Positions 14,701-27,800 of a stretch of DNA of 64,000 nt are shown piece after piece. Source of the DNA: Oculina patagonica (lineage: Eukaryota); the NCBI RefSeq assembly GCF_052425735.1, contig NC_135763.1, positions 16,058,001-16,122,000 of the forward strand, given 5' to 3'. The position numbers were made by a program, and so were the translations under genes. Each line of letters opens with the position of its first letter. Positions within the stretch are counted from its first letter, which is position 1. The notes below the pieces were generated by a model. It was not told where the DNA came from, ran no database searches, and saw only the letters and a list, made by a program, of their open reading frames with translations.

Positions 14701-17266
14701 TTATGATTTCACAAGTCCGGCATTTCGACCGCAGACAATGTCTCTTATTCTTTGTCTTGTAATTATCTGTAAGAACTGGTGTTGTACATAGACAGAATTA
14801 GAATCTCTTAAAACATCTCTTGTCAGTCATTTCTATTGTAAAATTATCACGCGATTTTCTTATCAGTCTTGAAATATATATAGAAAAAAATAAATGCTAT
14901 ATTGATTGACCACGTACTCGACACCACTGATAACCACCGATCAATCTGTGTTATTCGAAAAGCTCCATTTTGCGAAATGTTTTTGTAAGGCAGCCTTTCT
15001 GTGTCCACGAGTGGAAAATGTGGACTGAACCTTGATTGTTGCCAATTTTTACTAGTATATCAGTGAGAGATCTGACATAAACACTTCTTTTTTTACAAAT
15101 GGATGCCATCATTTTGTGAAAACCTTGCAATCAACCGCGCAAGTTTTCTTAAATCAATAAATGTTGGTCAGAATGTTTTCTTTGAGTATTTTTAAATTGT
15201 TACCATGCAGCCAAGTCGTTGTTACGGATAAACAATGTCACTTCCAGAATACACTTTAATATCGAGCCCTTGAACTTTCAGCTCATTGTTTTTACTCCCA
15301 AAAGTAAATATTTCGTTAATACAAGCAATTGGGCTTTTGCATTATTGGAATTTCTTGTTCTCATGAATGATAAATGCAGAACGAAAAAATCGATCAGTTT
15401 GTTCTCAGTTTCAACAAACTCGTTTTAAGATTATCTTTGAAATACAACTGAGACTTGACGAGTGCCGCAAATTTTAATGATTATAGATATGTAACAATTC
15501 TCCACAAGAAACCTTTAAAGTTCATTTACACTTTAAACTGTGCTGGCCTGCAAATTTTAAAATGAACCGGCAGAAACTAGACAAAACATTGACAATCTAA
15601 TTACATTTACTTCTTTTGAGAAACCTTCTAAGAACTAATAAATTAGACAGAGTGACATTTGGAGATTATTCCTCAAAGTGGAGGTTAATATCGCGGATAT
15701 TTACCAAGCCCCAATGTTGAGGTAAATATCGACCAGTGTCCAGCAACACTGAGCCTAAGATATTTTTTAGTTTTTGCCAAGCCACTGAATAACTAGAGTA
15801 AAACATCCAAATTTCCATTGCCAAGTTCAAAAGGATTTGCCAACAAGTGAAGATATCCCTCTTGTAATTTAAGCCAATCAGAACATGATATTTATCACTT
15901 CTGTGATACCTATATCAATTTTTGAGAACTTCATAGCGACTGAACCACTTTCCCGTTCTAAATGAGTTTATTTAATTTTTTTAGTTTAAATTTAAGCTTA
16001 TTTTCATTTTAATGTACCAACTGCACTAAAAACATCTCAATGTTTACAAAGTTTTAAATTCGTAGGAAGTAAATTAAAAAACTCCCAGGAAGCAGATCAG
16101 TAGATTTTCCTTACATAGTGCCATTTATTACTCACATTATCAAAAGAGACGTATTTATTAGAAGATACGATTTAATTTGAAGCAGATCCCAGATGAACAA
16201 AGCCAAATGCAAACACTAAATTGAAGCATATCGAAGACACTTGTGAATTGGTCCTGTGGTTTTCTAGTAAGTATGACTGCTATCTCATTGGACACGGCAA
16301 ACGAGTTATGAAATTCCCAGCTGGATGCTTTTGCAACGTGGTGCAAAGTACTCCGCCCCTCCATGAAAAACAAGAAGTTTTATCATAATTATAGAAAAAA
16401 AATTAATTTACACCGAGGAAGTTTTGCTCACCTCTAAACCGTCAAAATTTGAAAGATGCTTCTTTGAAACTTTGCGAGCGACCTTTCCTCCAACCGAATC
16501 GGTCCCTTATGCGGTTGCATCGTTAACAAACGAGATTAATTGGGACGGGATTTCCTTTGAGTTCAAATTAAACGTTTTCATTCGCGATAATAAGCGGCAA
16601 ACCTCGAAATGCAGTTGAAATTGAATGGTTTAACACCTTGAAACCATCGGCCGCCGCCAGGCATAATTTTCTTACAAAGTTATAATGAATATTTGGGCCA
16701 TCTTAAAATTTTAAGATTTCGACATAAGCGCTCGGATAGAAAAAGGAACAACGACCTATCAATAACAGATATCTTTCAACCCTTCTTCTAATATTTGTTT
16801 TGGACCACATATCTTTGTCCATCGAGCATAATATTATTAAAAGTCTCATCGAGCCCAGCCCTCGAACGGCTGTTTTAGTTTTTCCATTTGATGAACAATC
16901 TAAGACAATTTTGCAATTTTTTAATCCCTCCATACCATTAACCCGAGAATTTTGGCAATAAAATGTTAGAAGATTTTCGTTTTAACGCACAAAACTGTAA
17001 ACAAAGTGTGTTGATATGAATAGAATAGTTTGCCAAACTGCCAAAAAAAACTACTATAGGATTTACCTTCAGAATTGCCACAAAAAATACCAAGAAGGAT
17101 CGCAAAGACCTGAAATATAGAAGATGAGAACATGTGAGCTTTTTTACACATTTCAATCACTGCCCATTCATGTTTAGCTTTAAAACATCTCGGTAGTAAC
17201 TGTACGCAAATTATTTTCACTTACCAATTTCAAAACAACTTCCTTACACAATAACTCACAAGCCAT
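8718..17266 (-). CDS. EVA1C-like type I membrane protein: signal peptide, one SUEL/rhamnose-binding lectin domain, Ser/Thr-rich stalk, TM helix, cytoplasmic tail (~438 aa, 6 coding exons)
   Basis: Phase-consistent GT-AG exons 17266-17225, 17109-17067, 13254-12943, 12219-11857, 10785-10434, 8922-8718. N-terminus MACELLCKEVVLKLVFAILLGIFCGNSEA looks like a signal peptide. Lectin motifs ICQGERVKLHC, IYSALYGR, CEKRNKCRV and LFGDPC..KHLYLNLVYSC. The juxtamembrane/TM stretch LGIAGSLFMWLLFMQEHSSNYITVFCASAAGALALAIIVGLII resembles the EVA1/FAM176 pattern. The last exon is the least certain. Confidence 0.8.
10022..10103. repeat. (GGAA)/(GCAA) microsatellite
   Basis: Read directly from the sequence. Confidence 0.9.
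12426..12791. mobile_element. Kolobok-type MITE
   Basis: TTAA-AGGATCTGTGTCACGG ... CCGTAAAACAGTCCCT-TTAA (degenerate TIR). Confidence 0.65.
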
Positions 17267-18510
17267 TTCAGTGCCATGTAGAAAGTCCAACCAAATTTGC
17301 TGTCAAAGCCCGCTGAAATTAAGTTATCCTGCGTAAAAGTGGAAAGAAAACGTGATTAAACTTTCAAGCAGAGTTTAGAATCCCTGAGTTGTCAGCCAAT
17401 ATCTTCCTATGCTGTTGCCGCGGGGGTTTTGTTGAGACCTGTGCCCACCGCACCACCTGTCAGGCAATACAGACAATGTATGGACTCCGCGTCAGAATTT
17501 TAATCAACAAAAGTTCTTGACTAAACCTTAATGAAAACAAAGCACAAAAAGAAAAGAATTCCTAATGAAGGCACCAAAAAGCTAACGAATTGAATTGAAA
17601 CCGCTCTCGAAGTACGCAATGTAGTCAAGGACGTGTTTGTTTTGGTTTAAACATCGTTAGAAAGCCGAAATGGGTTAACGAAGGCCGTCCGGCGTTTGCA
17701 AAATGGATTGAGTTAGCAAAAGTTCTATAGAGTAAAGTGGATTAATCATCTTAAATAAGTAAAATTCGAACCTCAGAGTGTAGTAGCTTCAAAGACAACA
17801 GCTCAAGAACACATCGCCAGATGACGCCCAGAAAAACAAACAAAAGATCTTTCTGAATTGTAGAAAATGTAAATGGTTCGGTTTCTTACTGTTTCGTGGG
17901 ACCAAAACGTCTGTTGACTAAAGACAAAAAATCGATGGCAGTTCGATTGATTAATCCGCGGTAAGCGTACAAACTCAAGGTGTTTGTGGGCAAGGACAAT
18001 GTAATCGAAGATGAGAATTTGTTGATATTAATCTTAGTAGCATCCTTCTTTGTGCTTTCGTTTTTTTTCTGTCAATGTTAGCATTGGTAATTTTTCCCTC
18101 ACCCATGGACTTTTAATTAAACGTCAACGAGTGAACATACTGTCAGTTCATGGTATCAGCATTCATTTTGGAGCAATTATTAAAATTGACTGCTTCCTGA
18201 CGTGAAAAGCCTGTCATTAAAGTCACGAAGACTGTACTCTTTTGTTCATGTTGTGAGTTTTGGCCTTTAATTTAGATTGCCGAAGTGAAAGTCCGACGCA
18301 TGTTTGTTTTCCTATCTCGATCTATCTCCGGCCTGTCACTGTAAGGAAAATCAGATGGAAGATATGGCGCTTGTGATTCCTGTAGCAGAAAGCTTATTCA
18401 AGCTATACTGAAGCCTCAGTTCAGTTGTGAAGTATATGGCCGTGTTTGGTTCCTCGCTCCTTCTAGCGTCTCTACTGAGAAAATCGAAGAAAAAATTGCA
18501 TGCGAAAATT

Positions 18511-18800
18511 TTGTCAAAATTTTGTTCGACAAATCTTCATATCTGCATTTTAAAATTCCTTATTTCAACAACAGCTTTCCTCGTTCTTGGAGGTATTTAA
18601 CACTCAGTATTGTCAAAATTTTGTTCGACAAATCTTCATAGCTGGATTTCAAAATTCCTTATTTTCGGCAACAGCTTTCCTCGTTCTTGGAGGTATTTGA
18701 CACTCAGAATTGTCAAAATTTTGTTCCACAAATCTTCATATCTGCATTTCAAATTCCTTAATTTCAACAACAGCTGCCCTCGTTCTTGGAGGTATTTTAA
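18511..18800. repeat. Minisatellite, 99-bp unit x3
   Basis: TTGTCAAAATTTTGTTC(G/C)ACAAATCTTCATA recurs at 18511, 18610 and 18709. Confidence 0.9.
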
Positions 18801-21509
18801 CAGTCAACTTTCAACATTCTTAAAATCTTTGTTAGCGAGTGTTCAAACCCATGTTATGCTATGAATTATAAACTCTGATAAATAGTTACTTCCATTAGGT
18901 GTGACTTAGTTAGTTACTTGTGTTAATTATAATGCCACTGATGGATGAAGGGAATAATGATGCGAAACTAAGAGCTCGAAGTAGTCGTTGAAGGTTGGGA
19001 GTTCCTTGGCTCCAGCAAGTATCGATATGGTGTAGCGTTTTTATACTATGCAAGATGACAAAATCTTGCCTCGCCCTTCTAGTATGTTCAATGTTAAAAC
19101 AACACACATAAATTTATAGCTTTAAAATTGTAGAATGCCTCGAATATCCATGACTATTTATAAAAAAACAAAAAACTATTTGCCTTCGACGAGTCTTCAA
19201 TTCCAGTAATTGTCAGCACTTCTCTTCTTTTCGTCACAGAACCGTTTTGCTTTCGCATAACTTGCCGGGCTCCTCAAAAACAGAAGCAAATCCTGGCGCA
19301 AGGAAATTCTTGTATTAGCTCGATCACGCGAGTTCTCTTAATTTCAAATTCTGATTGGCTTGTTGCACTATTTGCAAATGTGGTGATTAGCGTTAAATTT
19401 AGCATGATTTTATGTAAATTCTTGAAAAAATCACTTACGTTGGCCAATCTAACACTCAAATTTTGGTGCCTTTCTCACGACAAAGAAACGATCTGCAACA
19501 TTTCTGTTGATAATCGCGGGCTCATCCACCCAAGGCACATCGCACAGCAAGGTATTTTTTTCTCTCTCTCCTCCCCCTCCCTGACTACATTTATGTTCAC
19601 AAAGGACTGTGAATTCAAGCCGGTGTTAAAAACAATGCTTCGTAACTTGCCGATTCCATCAATGACCTGGAAATTGCAGACTTTTCTATTTCACCGATTT
19701 CAAAGAGTCTCATTGCATGTCATTGGGCTTATTGATGCGAAAAACATTCCTCGTCATTGGCCCCGTTACGGGAGACGAAATTAAGATTATTTTCCCTCTC
19801 CTCTGGAGAGGCTCCTTTCACCTCTCCCCCAGCCAAGAAAGAGGCCTCTGCGAAGGAGAGAGGGATTCTGGTTACTGTCAACGCAGCGATACACCATACT
19901 AATAAGTTCAATGCGAAATATTGTATCTGACATGGGCTATTAAGTTGATTGCACAGAAGCTTCATAACCTCTGCCTTTGGGCTTTCGCTCTTGTTTCGTG
20001 AGAGATTTCATTTCTTTGTTCATTAGATTATATGACCTAAAACGATGCCACACTTTGCAGAACATGAGATGTAAAGCGACCTTAGTTCAAACCACACTCT
20101 TGCTTCTCTACACGAAGGCTTAAAGAAAAAGAAACAAGATTTGAATTTTACCTGAGCTTTATCTTCTTGCTGCCGTCTTGAAGAATTTCGGATTTTCGCG
20201 ACGCTCGTTATTCTGTTATTAATCCGAGACGTTGGTTATTCAACGATTGCGAACACTTTCAGAAAACTGCGCCCTTGACAAGAACGTCAGACTTCAATAT
20301 CTGTATACTTCTTCTAATTTTGTAAGAGTAACAACTTATTGAGCTCAAACTGTGTCAGGCAATATATATTATTTGTGTTGTTATATCAGTTCGCATTATT
20401 TGTTGAATCAAAATTATTGTTTTGTACCTGATAACTGTACTTATATAATATTACCAGGAATAAGTCAGTGTTTGTGTAGAAACAAGATTTAAAGATTTTT
20501 TGAAATTATTTTAAACAATCTATACATGGAAAATGCGAGCTATTGAATTGGAACACGGAGAGTCCTGTAACAGTTCCCTCAGATATCTTCAACTATCTGT
20601 TCAGTTTTTTTTTAATAACGAGATGAGAAATATAAAGGTAACAGCCGCCTTCCTGTGTGCAGTACATAACTATTAGGAATCCCACAAAAAGAAATTAGAA
20701 CTGAGCCACGAACAACAAAAATATAACACTAAAAAAATCAATCTATTTATAGAAAGGAAATTGCTGGAACGAACACAACCTGCTGTGCCTCAAAGTGTAT
20801 CATCCTTAAAAAATATAAACTATGGGATTCCGAATTTGAAGACAAACCATTTATCATATGCAATGCTTATTTTGATTATGTTTTTATGTCTAATTACTCA
20901 ATAAAAAAGACAAACTAAATTGAATGGACGACTGCTGGTCTCATTACAAGAGGAACTTGGGAAAACTTATCTTAAATGTGATCTCAATTTTAATGTCAAC
21001 GATTTGCATTTCTCAAACAAGAGCCCCTTGTTTTCAAACCATTAGAACGACCAGTCTTTCACTGAAGTGTTCGTTTAGTCCTCTTGTGGCCAAGTTTAAT
21101 TTTCTCTGCTATGCTAAAATTAAGCTGCTGTCATGAGGAACACTCATCTAAAAAAAGCTAACTTTGCGTCATTGTTATACAGTTGAAACATCATTGCAAC
21201 AAATGTAAAGACTGACGTCAATGAGACCTATGAAGGGCATTTTTATCATCATAACAAAACAATATTGTTGTTTTGGAGATGTGGAATTCATGAGAGCCCA
21301 GAAATCCAATATCTTGTAGCTTTATCTCCATCAAATCACGTATTTTATTAAAAAACTAGCAATAGTATATTGCAATTCCTGCGTTTTGATTGGTTAACAG
21401 GCAATGGTATATGAGCTCATACACCATTGTTCACAATATGGGAGCCGATACGCGCCAACGAAAGCAACCGGGGAGCTATGCAATGCAATTCTTTGGGTGT
21501 TTTTAATAA

Positions 21510-21625
21510 AACAATTATTCCATTCGCGCTTGTTGGATATGAGATCGTTATAGCCAATTCGGTGCTACGTGCCTCGTTGTCTATCTACCATCTCATATCC
21601 AACGCGCGCTCGTGGAATAATTGTT
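21510..21625. repeat. Hairpin-forming interspersed repeat end
   Basis: ACAATTATTCCATTCGCGCTTGTTGGATATGAGAT is inverted against ATCTCATATCCAACGCGCGCTCGTGGAATAATTGT. Confidence 0.65.
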
Positions 21626-21961
21626 AAATGTTTGTTTGTAAATACGAACCGGTGAAATATCACTCACTCAACTTATTACCGGATGGGGTCATGTTTTTAA
21701 GCTGAGTTTGTGGTTTGGCAATAGCCAACACAAGTGAAGATGCGGTACTAATTATAACGGCATTGTATGGACTGGTATTTCCAAATAAGATTTTTGGAAA
21801 TTTTTGTAAAACAACAACAACAACAACAACATTTTATTTGCACCTATTCATTCAATTATTAGCAAAAACAATAAATAAAATAAATAGATTTTGCCCAGAA
21901 ACTTAAGCCTTTTTTAAAAATATTTTAAAAAGGTAGGATATTTATATTTAAAAAAAAAAAA

Positions 21962-22006
<45 letters not shown>

Positions 22007-22007
22007 G

Positions 22008-22046
<39 letters not shown>

Positions 22047-22684
22047 AATATTTTTTTTATTTGTCAGCAGTCTCGAAGTTTAAAAGTATGCAGTAGAACC
22101 GCAGAAGACGTGTGGACTAGGCATTTAAGCTGATCGAATATGCTTTAATACGGACATCAGTATGCTGTATTCGAGTTATTGTGTTTATATAGCTCCTTGA
22201 TTAACAGTTATCACTCTTGGTCTAAATAATAAATCTTTGCAATGTCGGTACACTTATTTATAATCAATCCTGTTTATTAAAAGAATATTTGATTTTTTTC
22301 TAGCTCGTTAATATCTTGTAAAGCACCGACCGAATATTACAAGACGGGTTTATGGGAAAATTAAATAACGATATCAAAAACAAAGAATAAAAAGAATATT
22401 TCACACTCCTGCAAAAAATGTAACGTTTATGCACTGCGAAACACGATAGCGATGTCGGGGGCGGGATGGGAGTGGCGGTAAGGGCAAGGATTAGAGTAAA
22501 CCGGATTCTCTGATTGAACATTTTTGGCTAAGACGACATTTAACTGAAACTTGACTAGCTGACAAACGTTTCACTTAGCAATTCTGAACACTTGTTGCAG
22601 CTTTGAAAAATACTCCAGGCATTTTCCATTTTTCAAACTTTATCTTTATTTCCGTACTTTTTCTATGCGTACTGCGTTCTTGAG

Positions 22685-22895
22685 CTCTCTCCTTCGCGGA
22701 GGCTCCATATCAGAAGAGGGAAAAAGGCTAAAAATAGGGGAGCGCGGTAGCCCCCCGCGCGCTTTCGTTTTTCTCTCTCTAGGCTCCGCGCGCTTATTTT
22801 TCACCTCTCCACATTACCCAGCAATACGTCTCCCCTTCGTCTCCCCATTTACTAGCAGTACGAAAAATAAAAGAAGGCCTCTGCTGCGGAGAGAG
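22685..22895. mobile_element. MITE (CTCTC..GAGAG ends) with imperfect 9-bp TSD
   Basis: CTCTCTCCTTCGCGGAGGC ... GCCTCTGCTGCGGAGAGAG; flanks GTTCTTGAG / GTTATTGAG. A shorter relative lies at ~19794-19864. Confidence 0.7.
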
Positions 22896-23109
22896 GTTAT
22901 TGAGCAAGATAATTCACTCTCACTATGCGTCTCTCCACCCAGGTGTACATGAAAAATCGGCGACGGACTCCTTGTCGTCTCTTATGCGAAAATTGTAAGA
23001 CCCGAGGGACGGACTCAAAAGACGACTGGGGACGAGTCAATATCGGCGAACTGTTCGGGAAAACGCTGAGGGAAGTTGCTTTATGCTACAGATACTGGGA
23101 CAATAAACT

Positions 23110-23385
23110 GCCGACCGGTTAGCTCAGTTGGTAGAGCGCCGGACTGCCGTGCGGGAGGTCTCGGGTTCGAGTCCCAGACCGGACCAACCAGGCTCAAAAT
23201 AACTGAGGAGAATATGCTGCCTTTGCAATGACATCGCAAATGGAGATATTCTAGTCTTCTCGGATAAGGACGAAAACTGTATGCCCCGTCTCCTGCATCT
23301 TCAGTGTTATAATCAACAGGGGACGTTAAAGAACCCACACACTTATCGAAAAGAGTAGGGCACGAAGTTCCCGGTGTTTGTCTAT
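23110..23385 (+). mobile_element. tRNA-derived SINE, third family
   Basis: A box TAGCTCAGTTGG, B box GGTTCGAGTCC, then a non-tRNA body with GGACGTTAAAGAACCC and GAAAAGAGTAGGG. Confidence 0.8.
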
Positions 23386-24876
23386 CTTTGCGCATTGTGT
23401 TGTATACTGTGAAATGCTCGGTTTCATTAGCATATACTTGCTAGAGCCCTAACACGGCCATAATACCGAGGGTAAATAAAGTTTCAATACAAGTTAAACT
23501 GTCTACATTAGACACAATGCACAACGAAACTCAAACAATACAAAAACGGCAAGTAATGGAATAAATACTTTATTAACCTGTCAACTTTCTCAATAATTTG
23601 ATTTCTGATTAAAATTTCCTACTCTCGACTCCATTCACCAGACAGAAAATCGTCAGAAATATATATAATTTTCTGTACATACAATATGATAGAATTTTCA
23701 CCCCCTATTTACAGCCCTCGCAATGAAAACCAATTCACAGAATTGAATAGCTAGCCAAAAAAGTACAATATATTTATTTTTGCCGAGACTTTCTATGTAC
23801 TCAGCCTTAAAACGCTCACCTTTGACAACAGTAGTTATAGCATAACCCGTAGCCAAAGGGCAAAACAACTTAGACACGCCTCGGGGAACTGTTATGAGGT
23901 AGGGGTGTTGGTATTAATCGGGGGGGGGGGGGGTGAACATCTTCCGCCTTCAAACCTTAAAACATCTTTATAACAATAAACTGGTGTGCCTTCCCCCGCC
24001 CCCACCGGGCCCTCCCCAATTACAAAATCCGACCTATTCTCCCTTCAGCAAGGAAAAATTTCTAACTTCTCTATTAGTTTGATGGATAAATTCAAGTATG
24101 CAGGTCATGAGATAAAAGGATCTCGTCAACTCAGCACTGAAGACAGTTATGAATTAAACCAGATTCTCCCAAGGAGAATTGTAGAACATGTATGAAATCT
24201 GTATGGAGAATTTGGAAGGTGGTCTAAGGGTCAATTGCTGCAACGTACCATGCATGAGAAACTCTCATATCCCACGAAGCACTTCGTGGGCTTTGAATGA
24301 AGTACATGTATGAATTAACTTGCCTCTGAGAAAATGAAAGCACATGATAAATAGAACGAGTCATAAAACCAAAGCCTAAGTATCGTTACATTTTGCCAAT
24401 GACAAAAACGTAAACATAAACGAAACAAAACGTAGCAAGAACATGTAGCTTTTGCCAAGCGCGGGAAAACGGACGCGTTAGCCAGAATCGATTTGTGCGG
24501 ATCATGCTTCTGATTGGTCAAATTAAGCATGTCCGCTCTGATTGGTCGAAACAATTTGCACGAATTTTATCAACCAATGGTAGAGCTGAGTTGAAGCAAG
24601 ACAAAGTCGGCACGTAACTACTCAAAAGAGCTACGCACATTATTTTCAGAACTGAGATTAGCGAATGGAATTAGCTACTTCCCACCTAAAAAATATATAG
24701 CTTTAAAGTTTTTAGGACAGCAAAGAGAACAGAAAACACGACTAAGCCATTATTTCGTGCGAAAATAAGGGCAGTAGCCTCTTGCTAATGTCGTCGCAAA
24801 AGAAAAAAACCCCTTTTAGCTTTCATCAGCTACTTATTTAACGACTCGTGTTGAATTTTCGGACAAGCATCGCTGG

Positions 24877-27800
24877 CTAAAGTAAGTGACGATGAGCAAG
24901 AATTTCTGCCGCCGTCAACGGTCGGGCGTCTTCGGTGATCCGTCGTATCGGCGGCTGTGTGAGACCTTCCCTCGTGAGTGTTACTCTTGGTTCCTTGTTG
25001 TTGACATTGTCACGAAATTTAGTCAAGCGAAGTTCAAGTTCTGGCGGTCTTGACCTCGACGAACTCTCGAATCCGTCCTTGGTGTCTCCTGAAGAGTCTT
25101 CATCGATATCTGGGACAACTTGAGCAGGCTCGCTGATTGTATTCGACAAATACCTGCCGATAAGCAAAAAAAAAATTGTTATAAAATGTTCAGAAAGAGC
25201 AGTTTTCAGTTGAGTATCGTGAAACCAAAACCAAAGAAATTACTCTGGCCAATCACAAAAGACACAGACAATCCAGTGAACCAATCAAAATCTGAAGCAG
25301 ATACATGTAGCAGGTGCGAAATGCGGGAAAACGCGTGCGAGCGGGTCACGATTGGTTTTTGGTTTAACTTTTAATTGGTTGGCAAATTGGCGCAAGATTT
25401 TTTAAACCAAACACTGACCGCTCTAGCCCTTGTGACAACATTGGTTGGAGGGGGGGGTAGGCTGTAGTTTACCGGGGTATCGTACAGGAAAAGTATTGTC
25501 GTTTTCCGTTACCTTCTTTAATTTATCCCAACGATTTACCAAAAGTTAAAATTCAGAGGTGATTTGACTCGTTTACTTGCATGAAAGTCAAAAATTGTTT
25601 TGTTGGCCACTCACCATGCCGTCATGGTATTTCTCAGGAAATCAAGCACACCAGATGCTGTGAGTCTCTTTTGAGGATCCAACATAAGCAGCAGTCCAAT
25701 CAGCGACTTAGTGTTATCAGACACGCGGCCATCACTGCAAAAAAGAGAGTTCATGAGAGTTGAGTAATAAACAGCACTTCTCAGTAGCTATTATTTGAAT
25801 AGTCACACACTAGGCTTTCATCCAGACTTTAAAGTTAGAACAAGCTTGTACCAAATGAAAGTACTGCTAAGTAGCTTTTATTTGAATGGTTACACACTAG
25901 GCTTTCAACCAGAATTTAAAGTTAAAACAACCATGTACCAAAAGAAAGTACTACTCAATAGCTTTTATTTCATTGGTTTCACACTAGGTTTTCATCCAGA
26001 CCTAAACGTAAATGTAAATACAATTTTAAAGTCCATACGCGGGACGAGGTTACCCTCAGTGTCCGAGCCAGAGGCTCATGTATAAGACGTAGGACTGTAC
26101 AGATCGAATTGGAATTTAGTAGTGTTGATTTTTGCGGAGGGAGGAAAACCGGAGAACCCGGAGAAAAACCCTCGGAGCGAGGATGAGAACCAACAACAAA
26201 CTCAACCCACATATGACGCCGGGTCAGGGAATCGAACCCGGGCCACATTGGTGGGAGACGAGTGCTCTCACCACTGAGATGGTAAAGCCTGCATATAAGC
26301 CTAGTGACCCATCAGGCCGGAGGTTATCCCAGTTTCTGTAGCATAAAGCGACTAGGAGACAGAGTATTTTCTACTCCACCCTAAATAGGATGCTAATCCA
26401 TCGCAGGGTTTCCCCCAGCATTAAATTCCTCGGTACCCATTTATACATGTACACCTGGGTAAAGAGAGGGACTATGAGAGTAAAATGTCTTGCCCAAGAA
26501 CACAACGCAGGGCCACGTCCAGGGCTGGAACCTGGACCACTCAATCCGGAGTCCAGCCACCATGCCTCCCAGACCCACCCTATACAGCATAATAAACCAA
26601 CCCTCCAAGTTTATTTTTTTCCTTAGTGGCCATTTGGCCACCGACTGCTCAGGTTTGGTCGCCAGTGAAAAATTTTGGTCGCTTAAATAAGCTCACGCAT
26701 ACAATCCTTCTTCTCAATTTTAGTCGCCAGGCTGGCGACTTTGGTTTCAATTTAGTCGCAAGCTGCAAAATTTTAGTAGCCATGGCGACTAAAATGGTCT
26801 TAACTTGGAGGGTTGTAAACACCTAACTGTACGAAAGTACAGTTCAATTGCATTCCATGATGGGTCACACAAGCATTTCATTCACAGACTCAACACTTAC
26901 TTTGGTAACACAAACTCTGCAGTTTTGATCTTTCTGAACAGCTCATGTGGTATGCTGTCATAGAATGGAAACTGACCATACAGCATGGTGTACAGAACGA
27001 CTCCAAGAGCCCACATGTCACTTGCTTTCCCTGAATATGGAGCTCCTAAAGAACAAAGACAGGATATCATTAAAAACCAATTAATGCCTACAGTTACTGT
27101 AATGTCCTCTCATTACTGAGGTATGTTCTTGATAACTTTCAGAAAACCAAAAAAAAACAACAACAAAAAAAAACAGGGAGACATGCATGTTAACTAAGCA
27201 TAGATTGCACATCAGGTAATGCTAGATCTCTAGAGAAGTTTTCGGAGGGGGGAGGAGGGCGGAGGGGGGGGGGGGTTAGTTTTGACCTGTGGATCTCAAT
27301 TTCTCTCCAAAAATGAACATGCTGCACAGTGAATTTAAAGTTAGTAAGTAATGCTTTTTTTTAACTTTATCAGAATTCAGGCCATCTGGAAAAATCATAT
27401 GCTATTTAAGACCAAAAGTGCACATTACCCAGTAAGATCTGAAGAAAATTTATAAATCACATTCAGACTAAAGCAACAAGGCGTATACAGTTGTATAGCT
27501 TATATAAGGGAGAAGTCCTCTTAATATAATGCCTCCCTGCAATAAGTTTGACCATGTTATACTGAAAGATCATTGATTATGGTTTGCTCACACCTTACAG
27601 AATGATTTCATGACTTTGTTTTGTTGTTCAAAGACATTTTGTTCATCAGTGAGTTTACCTTCATTATTCAAGCATACATAAACACGATTGTGATACTGCC
27701 CTTTTAACAGTGTATGCCGTCAAGGTGAAACAATGAATGGACAGAGCTAGTCATATGGCTCTACCCTTATGGGTATTTCCTAATCTCGTTCCCAGATCTA

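Noticed and set aside
18511-18800. CRISPR-like array
   Set aside because: Whole 99-bp units repeat with no unique spacers, the context is eukaryotic and there are no cas genes.
21950-22041. Long A tract as a functional element
   Set aside because: Low complexity; a retroposon tail or sequencing artefact, with no TSD identified.
23110-23185. tRNA gene
   Set aside because: A and B boxes are present but there is no clean acceptor stem, and it continues into a SINE body.
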